Positions 26,114-36,528 of a DNA stretch of 51,814 bases are shown piece after piece. Both the position numbers and the translations under genes were made by a program. The notes under the pieces were generated by a model. The model saw nothing but the letters and a program-made list of their open reading frames with translations, was not told the origin of the DNA and did no database searches. Origin of the DNA: Candidatus Iainarchaeum sp. GTDB lineage: Archaea; Iainarchaeota; Iainarchaeia; JAGGVJ01. Where the stretch lies: positions 1 to 51,814 of the forward strand of contig JAGGVJ010000015.1 of assembly GCA_021158055.1 (NCBI GenBank). The letters run 5' to 3'. Every line of letters starts with the position of its first letter. Position 1 is the first letter of the stretch.

Positions 26114-27897
26114 TTAGAGCGTGTATTTTCCTTTTTTTATTATTTTTTTGCCGTCCGCGAAAACAGTGGGTTTGAGTATTATTGCATCCATGTGCAGTTT
26201 GCTTTTCCATTTGGTGCCGGTCAGGCTTCCGTGCGGATCCCCAAACGCGACGTGAACGCTTGGAAATTTTTCGTCTTGCGTGAGGTTTCCGCAAAGCTTT
26301 TTTAGGAAGAGATTTGTTCCGAATGCAAATTCCCCGATTTTGCTTGAGTTTTTATCCGAGCCGAAAACGAGTTTGATGAATTTTTCTTCTGTTTTTTTGT
26401 CACTGCAATAAATGCTGTTTTTTTGCGCAACATTGTTTTTTATTTCTACTGTTAAAGGGTTTTTTGTAAGTACGCCGAGAAATTCAGCGACTCCGTCAAT
26501 CACTATTTTTCCGTTCAGTCCTGTCGGGGCAGTGAGCACTTCGCCGTCAGGAAGGTTGACCCATTTTCCGGGTGTTGGAAACCCGTCAAGTATCGCCCAG
26601 TTGTGCCTGCATTTGAGTGAAAAGTCAGTTCCAAGCTCGGTTGTTACCTGTATTTCCTTTGAATCCTTTACAGCGTTGAAGACTTGTTTTGAAAACTCGC
26701 GTATTTTTTCATAGTCCGCGTTCATGCCTTCGCTTAACAGCTGTTTGTTTAGCTCGACCATTGAAGCCATTATCAGCTTGTTTTTTTCAACGCATTCGTT
26801 TAACGGCCTGTAAAACGTCGGGATTTCTCCGAATACGTAGTCCGCAATCACGAAAACTGCGTCCGAGTTTTTTAGTTTTTCAAGGATAACGTCCGGCACC
26901 TGAAAAGGTCGTTTTCCGTAGTCTTCAAGCACGAGCACTTCAAGGTTTTCAGTGACTTTTTTGATTTCCTTAATCACAAGGTCTGCGGCGTTTTTTGTCT
27001 TGTTATCAGTGATGACTATAATTTTGTCGCCTGGTTTTACTTTGACGCAAACATTTACTGCTTGTTTTGCGCCGTATGCAAGTTTGTCCAAGGCAAAGGC
27101 GGTTCCCAGAAACTTTGTGGAAAAACCCAGTTTTTTGTAGAATTTTTCGTTTGTGCTTTTGTGTTCTGTCTGTAAAAATATGATATCTGCTTTTTTTTCA
27201 ATTGCTTCAGAAACAGTGTTCAGACTCATTGCAGAGCCAAGGTTTTTTCCGCGGTGCTCTTGAAGAACTGCAATATTTGTAACGAGCCCGAATCTTTTTG
27301 AAACCACAAGGGTTGCTATTCCAACTGGTTTTCCGTTAAGCATTCCAAGGTAGTTGGTAATTTTCCATTTGTTTTCCGGGTTTTTGAATGCTTCAAAAAG
27401 GCATTCGCCGTATTCTTTCGGTAGCCCCTAATATGTGTCATCAGTGCTTGTGGCGCCGTAAACCTTGTTGAAAACGTTGATGAAGGTTGACATGTTGTTT
27501 TCTGTTTTGACTTCTTTCATTTTAAATCTGGTTGTTTTTGGGGTCTCAACTGTTTCTTTTTCATAAAACATCCACGCGTCTGTGAATTTGACTTTGAATC
27601 CTTCGTTTTCAAGAATGTCTGAAAAGTTTTTTGGTTTTGCAAAGTCAGTGATGTAAAATTCAGGAATGCAGTTTTTTTATTGTAAAAAGAAATGACTTTT
27701 TTGATGAGGCCTTTAACATCGCTTTCTTTTACGTTCATTTTTGCAGTGAAGTTCCAGTAAACGTCTTTTATCTTGTCGTTCCAGAAAAGAGTTGCGCCGT
27801 TGATTTGTTTTTGCCCCGAGAAGTAGTAATTCATCTGGAGGGTCTGAAGGTATTGTTCCAGTGCTTCTTTCAAGATTTCTTCACTGAGTTTAGCCAT
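26114..27897 (-). pseudogene. GNAT acetyltransferase - M29 aminopeptidase fusion, disrupted by a frameshift (A7 at 27672-27678) and a TAG (27428-27430)
   Basis: Reconstructed continuous frame; GNAT motif A VLQEHRGKNLG; peptidase NLPDGEV, GEFAFG, DEK, VHVAFG, LHMD. Confidence 0.8.
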
Positions 27898-27998
27898 GAA
27901 TTTTATAGGTGGAATCCGTATATTAATCCTTATATAATTTGTTCTCTTTGAACCGGCTGTTGCTTTCCCATGGCATTTCCATTGTTGATTGCTTGTTC

Positions 27999-29054
27999 CT
28001 AAAAAAGCCCCGTGCTTAAGTATTTTAAGCCGTTGTCAGGGAATATTGTGATTATCCTGTTCCCGCGTCCAAGCTCGATTGCTTTTTTTCTTGCAATGTA
28101 CATTGCGGCTCCCGAACTCATTCCTACCAGAAGGCCTTCTTTTTTTGCAAGTTCCCGTGCCACGTCAAATGTTTTTGGAATTTCGTCTTTTTTTAGTTCT
28201 ATTATTTCGTCAAAGTGTTTGTTTTCGTAAAGCTGTGTTGCATATGCGTCGTTTGGGTGCCTGAGTCCCTGGATTGTTGCACCGATTTCGGGTATTACGC
28301 CGACAATTTGTATTCTGGGATTGAATTCCTTTAACTTTTTTGATATTCCGACGCCTGTTCCTGCGGTTCCAACTCCCATCACAACCATGTCCAGTTCTCC
28401 GTTTGTCTGGACGAGTATTTCGCTTGCAGTTGTATTGAAGTGGGCTTCGATGTTTGCCGGGTCTTTGAACTGGTTTATGTCGATGTATTTTTCCGGGTTT
28501 CTCTGGATCATCCTGCATTTCATTTCTATTGCTCCGCCTGTTCCTTTTTCTCCAGCTGAGAGCGTGAGTTTTGCGCCGTATGCCTTGATTATTTTTCGTC
28601 TTTCAATGCTTGCGCTTTCAGGCATCACGATTTCTATAGGGTATCCTTTGGCGGCCGCAATCATGGCAAGCGCGATTCCTGTGTTTCCCGAGGTTGCTTC
28701 AAGAATTGTTTTCCCTTCTTCAATTTTCCCTTCTTCTTCTGCTTTTTCAATGATCCGAAACGCCACCCTGTCTTTTATGGATGAGCCGATGTTGTACCAT
28801 TCAAGCTTGGCGTAGACGTCGGCAGTGTTTTTGGGGAGTATTTTGTTGATTCTTATCAGCGGCGTGTTTCCGATTAAACTTGTTATGTCCTGTTTTGCGT
28901 CAAAGTAAGGTATGCGCATGTTTTGTTGCATTTTTTCTTTGGTATCATCCCTGATTTGCGCTGTTGATTTATGCATCAGTGTTTCCTGAACTTCTTTTTC
29001 AAATATTGTTTCACTATTTTTTTTGTTATAGTTTGTTGCCGGTTTTATCTTCAT
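27999..29054 (-). CDS. PLP-dependent cysteine synthase (CysK/CysM family)
   Basis: IGNTPL, SSIKDR (PLP Lys), EATSGNTG, GVGTAGT, GMSSGAA, KYLST; start uncertain. Confidence 0.92.
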   Translation of the reverse strand: MKIKPATNYNKKNSETIFEKEVQETLMHKSTAQIRDDTKEKMQQNMRIPYFDAKQDITSLIGNTPLIRINKILPKNTADVYAKLEWYNIGSSIKDRVAFRIIEKAEEEGKIEEGKTILEATSGNTGIALAMIAAAKGYPIEIVMPESASIERRKIIKAYGAKLTLSAGEKGTGGAIEMKCRMIQRNPEKYIDINQFKDPANIEAHFNTTASEILVQTNGELDMVVMGVGTAGTGVGISKKLKEFNPRIQIVGVIPEIGATIQGLRHPNDAYATQLYENKHFDEIIELKKDEIPKTFDVARELAKKEGLLVGMSSGAAMYIARKKAIELGRGNRIITIFPDNGLKYLSTGLF

Positions 29055-29568
29055 TTTATGCTCTCCAATAGATTATATCAAAATTATATCAAAAAATGTT
29101 GTCGGCTGCCCCTCAAAGTCAGCAGTTGAATGAACCCCGGTTGGAAAAACAGGTGTTTGGTTGCTTTAAAAAAAAGCAGGTATGGGGAAGTATTCTTAGG
29201 GTGTGAGAAAATATTTTTAGAACTTGTTTTTGAATTGGTTGTCTTTCTGAAAAAGCAAAAGTGATCGGTTTGCGAATTGATTTTGTTTTGAATTCGCCAA
29301 GCGTATATTCATAAATTTGTTTGAAGCTTCTTTGCATTTCCTGAAATTGTGTTGTTATAATTTCTAAAAGTAGATTGTTTATATCAGCTTTGACAAAGGC
29401 CTTCACTATTCATTTAATCGCTCCTAGTTTTGCTTTAGTTAATAAAATTTAAAGGGGCATGATTATATTTAAATGTTAGCATATGGGCAGTTGTTTTTGT
29501 TATGGTGGTGCTTTCAGCCGGTGTGTTGTAACTTTGACTGATTTTTCAATTTTGACTTCTTGTTTATT

Positions 29569-30141
29569 TTAATCGATTTGTTTGACTATTTCTTTCCAGG
29601 AGTTTACCCTGTAGATGTTCTCGGGAAGTTTTTCTTGGTTCCAGGGGTAATCAAGCAGTATTACTTTTGTGCCGTTGAAAGAGCAGTTTATTGCATATTC
29701 CGCGCGGTCTTCTATGAGAATATTCACACCCAGGTTAGAGCACACCTCTGCTTTTGTTTTCTTTTTTCCTTTTTTTGAGTAGTTGTTTGTGAAGTAAATG
29801 TCTGAAAAAGTGTTTGGGAAATAGTGTTCAACCCATTTTTTTGTGGGTTCTTTGATGTCGTTCTGCCTTGCTGTCAGGATCACAAGCTCGTGGTTTTTTT
29901 CCAGTTCACTGATTCCTTTTATTGCCCCGGGCACCGGTTTTATGTTTTTGAAGTAAGGTGTTTTGTAAAACGCGTACAGTTTTTCAATGAGTTCTTTTTC
30001 TGTGCCTTCAAGTAATTCGTGAAAGGCCTGGTTTTGCATGTTTTTTATTGAAAGGCATGTTTTGTATGTGTCGTTGTGAAACTCAAGAAAGGCAGATAAA
30101 TAACCTGCAAGCACTTCGTCCAAGTCTGTCGCTATAAGCAT
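29569..30141 (-). CDS. HAD-family 5'(3')-deoxyribonucleotidase-like protein
   Basis: DLDEVL, ILTAR, IEDR, PWN. Confidence 0.85.
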   Translation of the reverse strand: MLIATDLDEVLAGYLSAFLEFHNDTYKTCLSIKNMQNQAFHELLEGTEKELIEKLYAFYKTPYFKNIKPVPGAIKGISELEKNHELVILTARQNDIKEPTKKWVEHYFPNTFSDIYFTNNYSKKGKKKTKAEVCSNLGVNILIEDRAEYAINCSFNGTKVILLDYPWNQEKLPENIYRVNSWKEIVKQID

Positions 30142-30196
30142 GTGATTTCCCCTGGTTTTTATTTTTAAGCAGTTGAATCTGTTTCTTTTTATTTTT

Positions 30197-30781
30197 TCAG
30201 TACTTTTCGCATTTTATTTCAAAGTATTTTTGAGGGTGGTCGCATGAAGGGCATTTTTCAGGCGCGGTTTCGCTTTCGTGGACATACCCGCATTTTCTGC
30301 ATACCCAGGAGACCGTTGATTCTTTTTTGAACAGTGTTTTCCCTTCAATTTCTTTGAGCAGTTTTGAGAACCTCTCTTTGTGGTGCTTTTCAGCTTCTGC
30401 TATTGCCTTAAGGCGTCTTGAAATGTCAGGCAGCCCTTCTTTGTCTGCAGTGTCTGCGAATTCAGGGTACATTTCCGCGTATTCATGTGTTTCCCCTGCA
30501 ATTGATGCTTTCAGGTTTTCTGCAGTGTTTTCCAGAGCGATTGGAACACCTGTTTCAATCTTGATTTCCGGTTTTGGATCTGCGCTTTTTTTGTTTAATT
30601 CATTGATTAGCCTGAACAGCCATTTGGCGTGTTCCTGTTCGTTTTCTGCTGTCAGGAGAAAGATTTCGGAAATTTGTTCAAAGCCTTCTTTTTTCGCGAT
30701 TTTTGCATAAAACGAGTATCTGTTTCTTGCCTGGCTTTCTCCGACGAATGCCTTGCATAGGTTTTCAATTGTTTTTTCCAT
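30197..30781 (-). CDS. rbr: Rubrerythrin
   Basis: GESQARNRY, EQEH, EKHH, WVCRKCGY..CPSC. Confidence 0.95.
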   Translation of the reverse strand: MEKTIENLCKAFVGESQARNRYSFYAKIAKKEGFEQISEIFLLTAENEQEHAKWLFRLINELNKKSADPKPEIKIETGVPIALENTAENLKASIAGETHEYAEMYPEFADTADKEGLPDISRRLKAIAEAEKHHKERFSKLLKEIEGKTLFKKESTVSWVCRKCGYVHESETAPEKCPSCDHPQKYFEIKCEKY

Positions 30782-30931
30782 TGCATTTCACTCCGTTGTT
30801 TTTCAGTTGCGCTTGTGGTTTTGCATTGTTTGCATGTAATATACTAATATCTTGAATCTTAAGTCATTTAATACTTTTTTATCTGATGCGGTTGTTGGGG
30901 GGTTGTTTGGCGCAGTTCCCGGTTTTTGCGC

Positions 30932-31660
30932 TCACAGGCTTTTCAGGGTTTTTGCAACCCGGGATTTTATTTCTTTTGCAAATCGTGTTTCAAGCAGTTT
31001 TTCCGCGTTTCCGACTGCGTCTTCCAGTTTCGGGTCAAAGTTTATCTGTCCGATGAACGGGATGTCAAATTTTTCTGCAAGTTCTCTCGAGGCACTCGGT
31101 TCACCGCGGCTCATGTTTTCCAGGACACCGATTATCTGTGCGTTTGACTGTCTGAGCACTTCAATGTGTTTTTTTGCGATCTCAACAGTTGTTTTTGAGG
31201 GCGTGGTCATCACAAGAAAATTGCTTTTCATAAGGTTTATTGTGTCAAGGAGTGTGTCACCCAGCCCGGGGGGCATGTCAATCACCAGGAAATCAAGGTC
31301 GCCCCATAAGGTGATTGCAAGCAGTTCTGTGATTGCGTTTGTGATGTCTGTTCCGCGCATGGGGGTGGCTGTCTCTTGCGTGAAGCAAGTGATTGACATG
31401 AACTTTACGCCGTTGATTGTGATCGGGACTGCCCCGTTTTCTTCTTTCGGAAAAGTGTTTTTCGCGCCGAGTATGGTTTGTGTTGATGCCCCGCAAAAGT
31501 CAAGGTCAAGCAACCCGGTTTTGTAGCCTGCGTCTGCCAGGACAAGCGAAAGCACGGTTGAAGTTACGCTTTTTCCTATGCCTCCTTTTCCGCCTGAAAC
31601 AGCGATGGTTTGCTTGATGCTTTTGAGCCTTTCTTTAATTATTCCTGGTCGCGGGTCCAT
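30932..31660 (-). CDS. Mrp/NBP35-family ATPase (Thermococcales-type HypB-like)
   Basis: MDPR N-terminus, GGKGGIGKS, DLDF, IDMPPG, ENM; adjacent to hypA. Confidence 0.88.
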   Translation of the reverse strand: MDPRPGIIKERLKSIKQTIAVSGGKGGIGKSVTSTVLSLVLADAGYKTGLLDLDFCGASTQTILGAKNTFPKEENGAVPITINGVKFMSITCFTQETATPMRGTDITNAITELLAITLWGDLDFLVIDMPPGLGDTLLDTINLMKSNFLVMTTPSKTTVEIAKKHIEVLRQSNAQIIGVLENMSRGEPSASRELAEKFDIPFIGQINFDPKLEDAVGNAEKLLETRFAKEIKSRVAKTLKSL

Positions 31661-31704
31661 TCAATCACTTTTGTGTTGCTTTTTGCATTTAATTTTCCAC
31701 TGGT

Positions 31705-32118
31705 TTATTTGCCGATGATGTTGTTGATCCATACTCCCCGCCCGTTTGTTATTTCAAAGTCGGGGCTGTTGCATTTCGGGCATTTGATGAAAGCGTGTGA
31801 TACTTCGGGAACAAAGTGGATTGATTCGACTTTTTCTTCGTCAAGCTCGTTTAACGCGTTGAGATAATCCCATTCGTGCTTGCAGGATTTGCATTTGAGG
31901 ATTGCGTTTTCTTTTTCAAGCGTGATTTTTGTGTTTTTGTCTACTGGTTTACTTTTTTCTTTGAGCATTTCTTCAAGCGCAAACAAAAACGGGTCTTCTT
32001 CAATTTGCTGGAGCTCTCCGATTGATATTTCAATTTCCGTAATGTGCTCAAAACCGGTTTTTTCCGCAAATTCAACTGCTGTTGAAATAACTGCTTCTGC
32101 CAGTGCCCATTCGTGCAT
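31705..32118 (-). CDS. hypA: Hydrogenase nickel incorporation protein HypA
   Basis: MHEWALA N-terminus, CKSC..CPKC, GRGV. Confidence 0.93.
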   Translation of the reverse strand: MHEWALAEAVISTAVEFAEKTGFEHITEIEISIGELQQIEEDPFLFALEEMLKEKSKPVDKNTKITLEKENAILKCKSCKHEWDYLNALNELDEEKVESIHFVPEVSHAFIKCPKCNSPDFEITNGRGVWINNIIGK

Positions 32119-32167
32119 GAAATCCCTTGTTTTTGTTTTGAATCTTTTTTTAACTGACTGTTTTAGA

Positions 32168-32683
32168 TTAACTGTTGTAATTGTTGTCTGCCTGGTTGAT
32201 GGCTTTTTTGAATGCGTCGTGCATGTCTTGATCAAAAGCCACAAAGACCACTTTTTTGACTGTTTTTGACCTGAATTCTTTTGCCGTTGAAACCATTGCT
32301 TCTGCTGCCTTGTCGGCCGGGACCCGTCCGGTGCCTGTTCCAAGCCCGGGAACAGCGATTTCTGCAATCTTGTTTTTTTGCGCGCATTCAAGCACTGCTT
32401 TCATCGCAAGCAAGGTGTTTTCCACGCTGACTTTTTCAGTGGGCTTTTCCATTGTCGGCGCGTGAATCACATATTTTGCAGGCAGTTTTCCTGCTTTTGT
32501 GATAACTGCTTTCCCGACTTTTACCGGGATGTATTTTTGAGCTTTGTTTTTTATTTCCTGCCCGCCTACCTTGAGGATTGCCCCTGCAAGACCGCCTCCC
32601 ATGGTGATGTTTGAGTTTGCTGGGTTGACGATGGCTTCAAGACAGAGTTTTGTGATGTCTGCCCTGACGGTTTCTGTTTGCAT
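32168..32683 (-). CDS. Macro domain protein (ADP-ribose binding/hydrolase)
   Basis: DIT, AIVNPAN, GGGLAGAI, VIHA, PGLGTG. Confidence 0.92.
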   Translation of the reverse strand: MQTETVRADITKLCLEAIVNPANSNITMGGGLAGAILKVGGQEIKNKAQKYIPVKVGKAVITKAGKLPAKYVIHAPTMEKPTEKVSVENTLLAMKAVLECAQKNKIAEIAVPGLGTGTGRVPADKAAEAMVSTAKEFRSKTVKKVVFVAFDQDMHDAFKKAINQADNNYNS

Positions 32684-32774
32684 AAAAGATTATTGTCAAA
32701 GAAGTGATTTATAGTTATTGGACCACAAAAGCACAAGATTGGTTTTATGAATATTTTTATAGTCTGCAATTGAC

Positions 32775-33758
32775 TTGTTATTTGTGAAAGGGATATCTGA
32801 ATATGCTTCTAATCTATTGACTGTTTTTCCGGATTTTGAACCGGGTTCAGAAGATGCTGGATTTATTGAAAAAAACGGAAAAGCACAGTGGATAACAAAG
32901 ATGCTTTTGAGGAAAAGATTCAGGAAAACAAGAGTGTTTGAGGAAAACAAAGCGGATGTCCTGAAAAAAGTTGAGTTGAGCATAAAAGAGAACAAGGCCC
33001 TGCATTTTATGGCTGAATTGTTTGCCCCTGTTTTAAAGGTGCATGAACCGGGAGCCGTATTGGATTATGGTTCCGAAGACGTGATAATGACTTTGATGGA
33101 TAACTATCCGAAAGCTGATCTGGACAGGTATGCAAAAAGTTTTGAGCGGTTGATAAAAGTTTATTCAGATTGCATTCCAAGCAATTTCACCATTGATTAT
33201 GTCCGGACAGGGGAAAAATATGACAGCGGGAAACTTAAGCAAATGGTTGTGAGCAGGATCCCTGAAAAGAAAAAGGAATGGGAAGGTTTATCCGAAGATG
33301 AAAGAAACATTCATCTGCATCGGAGCAGACGCTCGATCTTGTGGGCCGGGCAGGAGGACTGGACGCATTTAAGCAATGGAGAAAGAGAAGAAAAAATTGA
33401 GGAATCCAAAATAATTGAGGACACGTTTTACGAGGTTGAAGCTGATTTTCTGGGTGATTATTTCACGGGCGGCAATCGCATTCCCCTTGTTTTTTCTTGG
33501 GGGCTGTGTGATGAGAATTTTGAGCACTGGCTTACCTTGGGGTCTGTTTCTTCGTCTTCAGTTGATTTTTGGATCGGAAAAGGCGTTATTGAATTCAGGG
33601 CTGACGGAAAGATGGTTCTAAGGGTTGTTTCAAAAGAACAATACGAATCAATAAAGGAAAAGCTTGAGGAAGTAAAGATTGAGCTGGATGCCCTGGAACA
33701 GTTAAAGAATTTTAAATCTGTTGAAGTGTATGAGGGTGTGCTTGAGTTTAAAAAGTGA
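32775..33758 (+). CDS. Hypothetical protein
   Basis: 327-aa ORF, no family recognised. Confidence 0.75.
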   Translation: MLFVKGISEYASNLLTVFPDFEPGSEDAGFIEKNGKAQWITKMLLRKRFRKTRVFEENKADVLKKVELSIKENKALHFMAELFAPVLKVHEPGAVLDYGSEDVIMTLMDNYPKADLDRYAKSFERLIKVYSDCIPSNFTIDYVRTGEKYDSGKLKQMVVSRIPEKKKEWEGLSEDERNIHLHRSRRSILWAGQEDWTHLSNGEREEKIEESKIIEDTFYEVEADFLGDYFTGGNRIPLVFSWGLCDENFEHWLTLGSVSSSSVDFWIGKGVIEFRADGKMVLRVVSKEQYESIKEKLEEVKIELDALEQLKNFKSVEVYEGVLEFKK

Positions 33759-33903
33759 TGTGCTGTCAATGTTTGATTGTAAAACAAATTAATACTACTT
33801 TGAACCAATGTTATATGTATTTTTAGTTTTTTTCAAGGGATTTTGCTTTGGATTGCCTTGAATTGCCTTGAAAACAAAGCAAAATTTTAAAACTTTATTG
33901 CAA

Positions 33904-33981
33904 GCTCCTGTAGTCTAGTCCGGTCAAGGATACTGCCCTCTCGAGGCAGCGACTCGGGTTCAAATCCCGGCGGGAGCACCA
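33904..33981 (+). tRNA. tRNA-Glu(CTC), CCA encoded
   Basis: GCTCCTG/CGGGAGC acceptor, CTGCC-CTCTCGA-GGCAG arm, ends ACCA. Confidence 0.96.
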
Positions 33982-34033
33982 TTTAACTTTTTTTGCACAT
34001 ACTTTTTTATGTTTCTGTTTTGATTTTTTAGTC

Positions 34034-34783
34034 ATGGAAAAAGTGTTTTTCAGCAATTCAAGGGGAATAAAGTTGTCGGGGGTAATCCACGCGGGCAATT
34101 TGGACTGCTGCGTGTTGATATCCCATGGTAGTTTCGCAAACAAAAACCGCGAGAGGCTGGTCAGATTAGCCGGTGCCTTGAACGAGTGCGGTTTTTCGGT
34201 TTTTCGCTTTGATTTCAGCGGTTGCGGTGAAAGCCAGGATTTGCCGATAACTGTTTTTCAGGAAGTCGATGACCTGAAGTCCGCAATTGCCTTTATGAAA
34301 GCCAGGGGTTGCACGAGGTTTGGCTTGATGGGTGAGAGTCTTGGCGGGCTTGTGTCCTTGCTGGCCTGTGACAGCAGCGTTTACTCAATGGTTTTGTGGG
34401 TCCCGTTTACAGATGCCAAGAAGTTATCCATGCTTGAAGACCCGAAAGTCAAAGAGGAACTTGAACGTGAAGGAAAAATTGTTTTTCAGAAGGACGGAAA
34501 AGCACTGGTTGTCCCAAGACAGTACTTTGTTGAAAGAGAGCGCGTGAATCAAAAAGATCTGCTTGCAGGCATCAGAATCCCTGTGCTGATTATTCATGGG
34601 ACAGACGATGGCACTGTTCCGTTGGCCCAGTCAAGGCAGGCCGTAAAACTGCTTCCGAAAGGCTCTGAATTGTTTGAAGTCAGGGGAGGCTCGCATACTT
34701 TGGATAAGTCAATGGATTTACTCAGTAAGGTAATTGAAAAAACAGTTGATTGGATGGCAGGTCATTTAAATTGTAAGACTTGA
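34034..34783 (+). CDS. Alpha/beta hydrolase
   Basis: SHG, FDFSGCGES, GESLG nucleophile elbow, HGTDD, GSH. Confidence 0.9.
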   Translation: MEKVFFSNSRGIKLSGVIHAGNLDCCVLISHGSFANKNRERLVRLAGALNECGFSVFRFDFSGCGESQDLPITVFQEVDDLKSAIAFMKARGCTRFGLMGESLGGLVSLLACDSSVYSMVLWVPFTDAKKLSMLEDPKVKEELEREGKIVFQKDGKALVVPRQYFVERERVNQKDLLAGIRIPVLIIHGTDDGTVPLAQSRQAVKLLPKGSELFEVRGGSHTLDKSMDLLSKVIEKTVDWMAGHLNCKT

Positions 34784-34830
34784 GAAGGGCTTTGTTTTGA
34801 ATTTGAAAACTTGAAGTTTTGAGTGGTTTT

Positions 34831-35607
34831 ATGAGAATTTTGTCTTGGAACGTGAACGGGATTCGCTCGGTTTACAGCAAGGGATTTTTGGACTGGTTTA
34901 AACAAGAAAACCCGGATATCTTGTGCGTTCAGGAAACAAAAGCACAGCCGGATCAAGTTCCAGCTGAGTTGTTGGATTTTGACGATTATTTTTCTTTCTG
35001 GAACTCAGCGCAAAAAAAGGGTTACAGCGGAGTTGGGGTGTTTTCAAAACAAGAGCCGCTTGAAGTAAAAGACAAGCTGGGCTTCAGGGATTTTGACAGC
35101 GAGGGGCGTTTCCTTGTTTTGAAGTATCCCAAATTCACTTTGGTAAATGTGTATATGCCTCAGGGCGGGCGCACAAAAGAAAAAATTCCCTTCAAGCTTG
35201 AGTCATACTCTTTTTTTCTTGAGTTTCTGGACAGTTTTGAAAAAGAAGAACCCATTTTGCTTTGCGGTGACTTCAACATCGCTCACACTGAAGTTGATTT
35301 GGCAAGGCCGAAGCAGAATCAGAACAATACAATGTTCACACTAGGGGAACGGAAGCAAATTGATGCGATTGCAGAAAAAGGGTTTGTGGACACTTTCAGG
35401 AAATTTCACAGCGAAGGCGGGAATTACACCTGGTGGCCGTATTTTGCAAATGCAAGGCCGCGAAATATCGGCTGGAGAATTGATTACTGTTTTGCTTCAA
35501 AATCGCTTTCTGAAAGCGTGAAAGATGCGTTTATTCTTCCCAAAGTGATGGGCTCGGACCATTGCCCTGTCGGGGTTGAGCTTGAAGATTTTAATAAAAA
35601 TTTGTGA
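34831..35607 (+). CDS. xth: Exodeoxyribonuclease III
   Basis: SWNVNG, QETK, GDFN, GWRIDY, SDHCP. Confidence 0.95.
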   Translation: MRILSWNVNGIRSVYSKGFLDWFKQENPDILCVQETKAQPDQVPAELLDFDDYFSFWNSAQKKGYSGVGVFSKQEPLEVKDKLGFRDFDSEGRFLVLKYPKFTLVNVYMPQGGRTKEKIPFKLESYSFFLEFLDSFEKEEPILLCGDFNIAHTEVDLARPKQNQNNTMFTLGERKQIDAIAEKGFVDTFRKFHSEGGNYTWWPYFANARPRNIGWRIDYCFASKSLSESVKDAFILPKVMGSDHCPVGVELEDFNKNL

Positions 35608-35673
35608 TAATTGTGATAAATTAGAGTTTATTAAAATACTTGTTTTCCTTTATTTGTGTGTATTGAAATAAAG

Positions 35674-36519
35674 ATGAGTTTTATGCAACGTATAAATGGC
35701 ACTATTGAAACTCCCACTTTTGTTAAGTGGGCAGGTGGAAAGTCTCAGCTTCTTAAGCAGTTTGATCAATTTTTCCCTGAAAAAATAAATTTTTACATTG
35801 AACCGTTTTTAGGAAGCGGGGCGGTGTTTTTTTATATAAAAAGAAAATTTAATCCCAAAAAAGTTATCCTTTCTGATGTAAATGAAGAATTAATAAACGC
35901 GTTTGTTATGGTTAGGGATAATGTTGAAGAACTTATTGATTTATTAAAAAAACATAAAGAATTGCATTGTAAAGAGTATTTTTATAAAATAAGAGCGCAG
36001 GAGCCAAAGGGTTTAAATAATGTTGAATCTGCAGCTAGATTTATTTATTTAAATAAAACGTGTTTTAACGGACTTTATCGGGTAAACAAATCAGGTAAGT
36101 TTAATGTTCCAATTGGGAGTTATAAAAACCCGGGTATTTTAAAAGAAGATGTTTTGAAAGAAGCAAACAAACTTCTTCAGTGTGTGGATATAAGAGTTGC
36201 ATCTTTTGAAAAAGTAGTTGATTTAGCAAAAAAACACGCTTTTGTTTATTTTGATCCACCTTATTACCCGTTAAAAAGAACTTCCTTTACGACCTACACA
36301 AAAGAGGTTTTTTTGGAAGATGAACAAAAAAAACTTTTGAGTGTAGTTAATGAACTTCATAAAAAAGGCTGCAAAGTAATGTTAAGTAATAGTGATCATC
36401 CATTTATCAAATCACTTTATTCTGAATTTAAACTAAGTGAAGTTTCTGCGCGCAGAATGATAAATTGCAATGCAACAAAAAGAGGGCCGATAACAGAGTT
36501 AGTTGTGTTGAATTATTAG
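35674..36519 (+). CDS. Dam/DpnM-type m6A DNA methyltransferase (GATC)
   Basis: KWAGGK, EPFLGSGAV, FNGLYRVN, DPPY. Confidence 0.93.
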   Translation: MSFMQRINGTIETPTFVKWAGGKSQLLKQFDQFFPEKINFYIEPFLGSGAVFFYIKRKFNPKKVILSDVNEELINAFVMVRDNVEELIDLLKKHKELHCKEYFYKIRAQEPKGLNNVESAARFIYLNKTCFNGLYRVNKSGKFNVPIGSYKNPGILKEDVLKEANKLLQCVDIRVASFEKVVDLAKKHAFVYFDPPYYPLKRTSFTTYTKEVFLEDEQKKLLSVVNELHKKGCKVMLSNSDHPFIKSLYSEFKLSEVSARRMINCNATKRGPITELVVLNY

Positions 36520-36528
36520 GTGTTATTT

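Noticed and set aside
24990-27430. Stop-codon reassignment (in-frame TAA and TAG)
   Set aside because: TAA, TAG and TGA all terminate intact core genes in the window; lesions are limited to accessory genes
31705-32391. 228-aa extended HypA
   Set aside because: HypA requires an N-terminal MHE; the extension overlaps the macrodomain gene
20952-33903. Single integrated element between tRNA-Leu and tRNA-Glu
   Set aside because: No duplicated tRNA 3' end or integrase found; composition is heterogeneous
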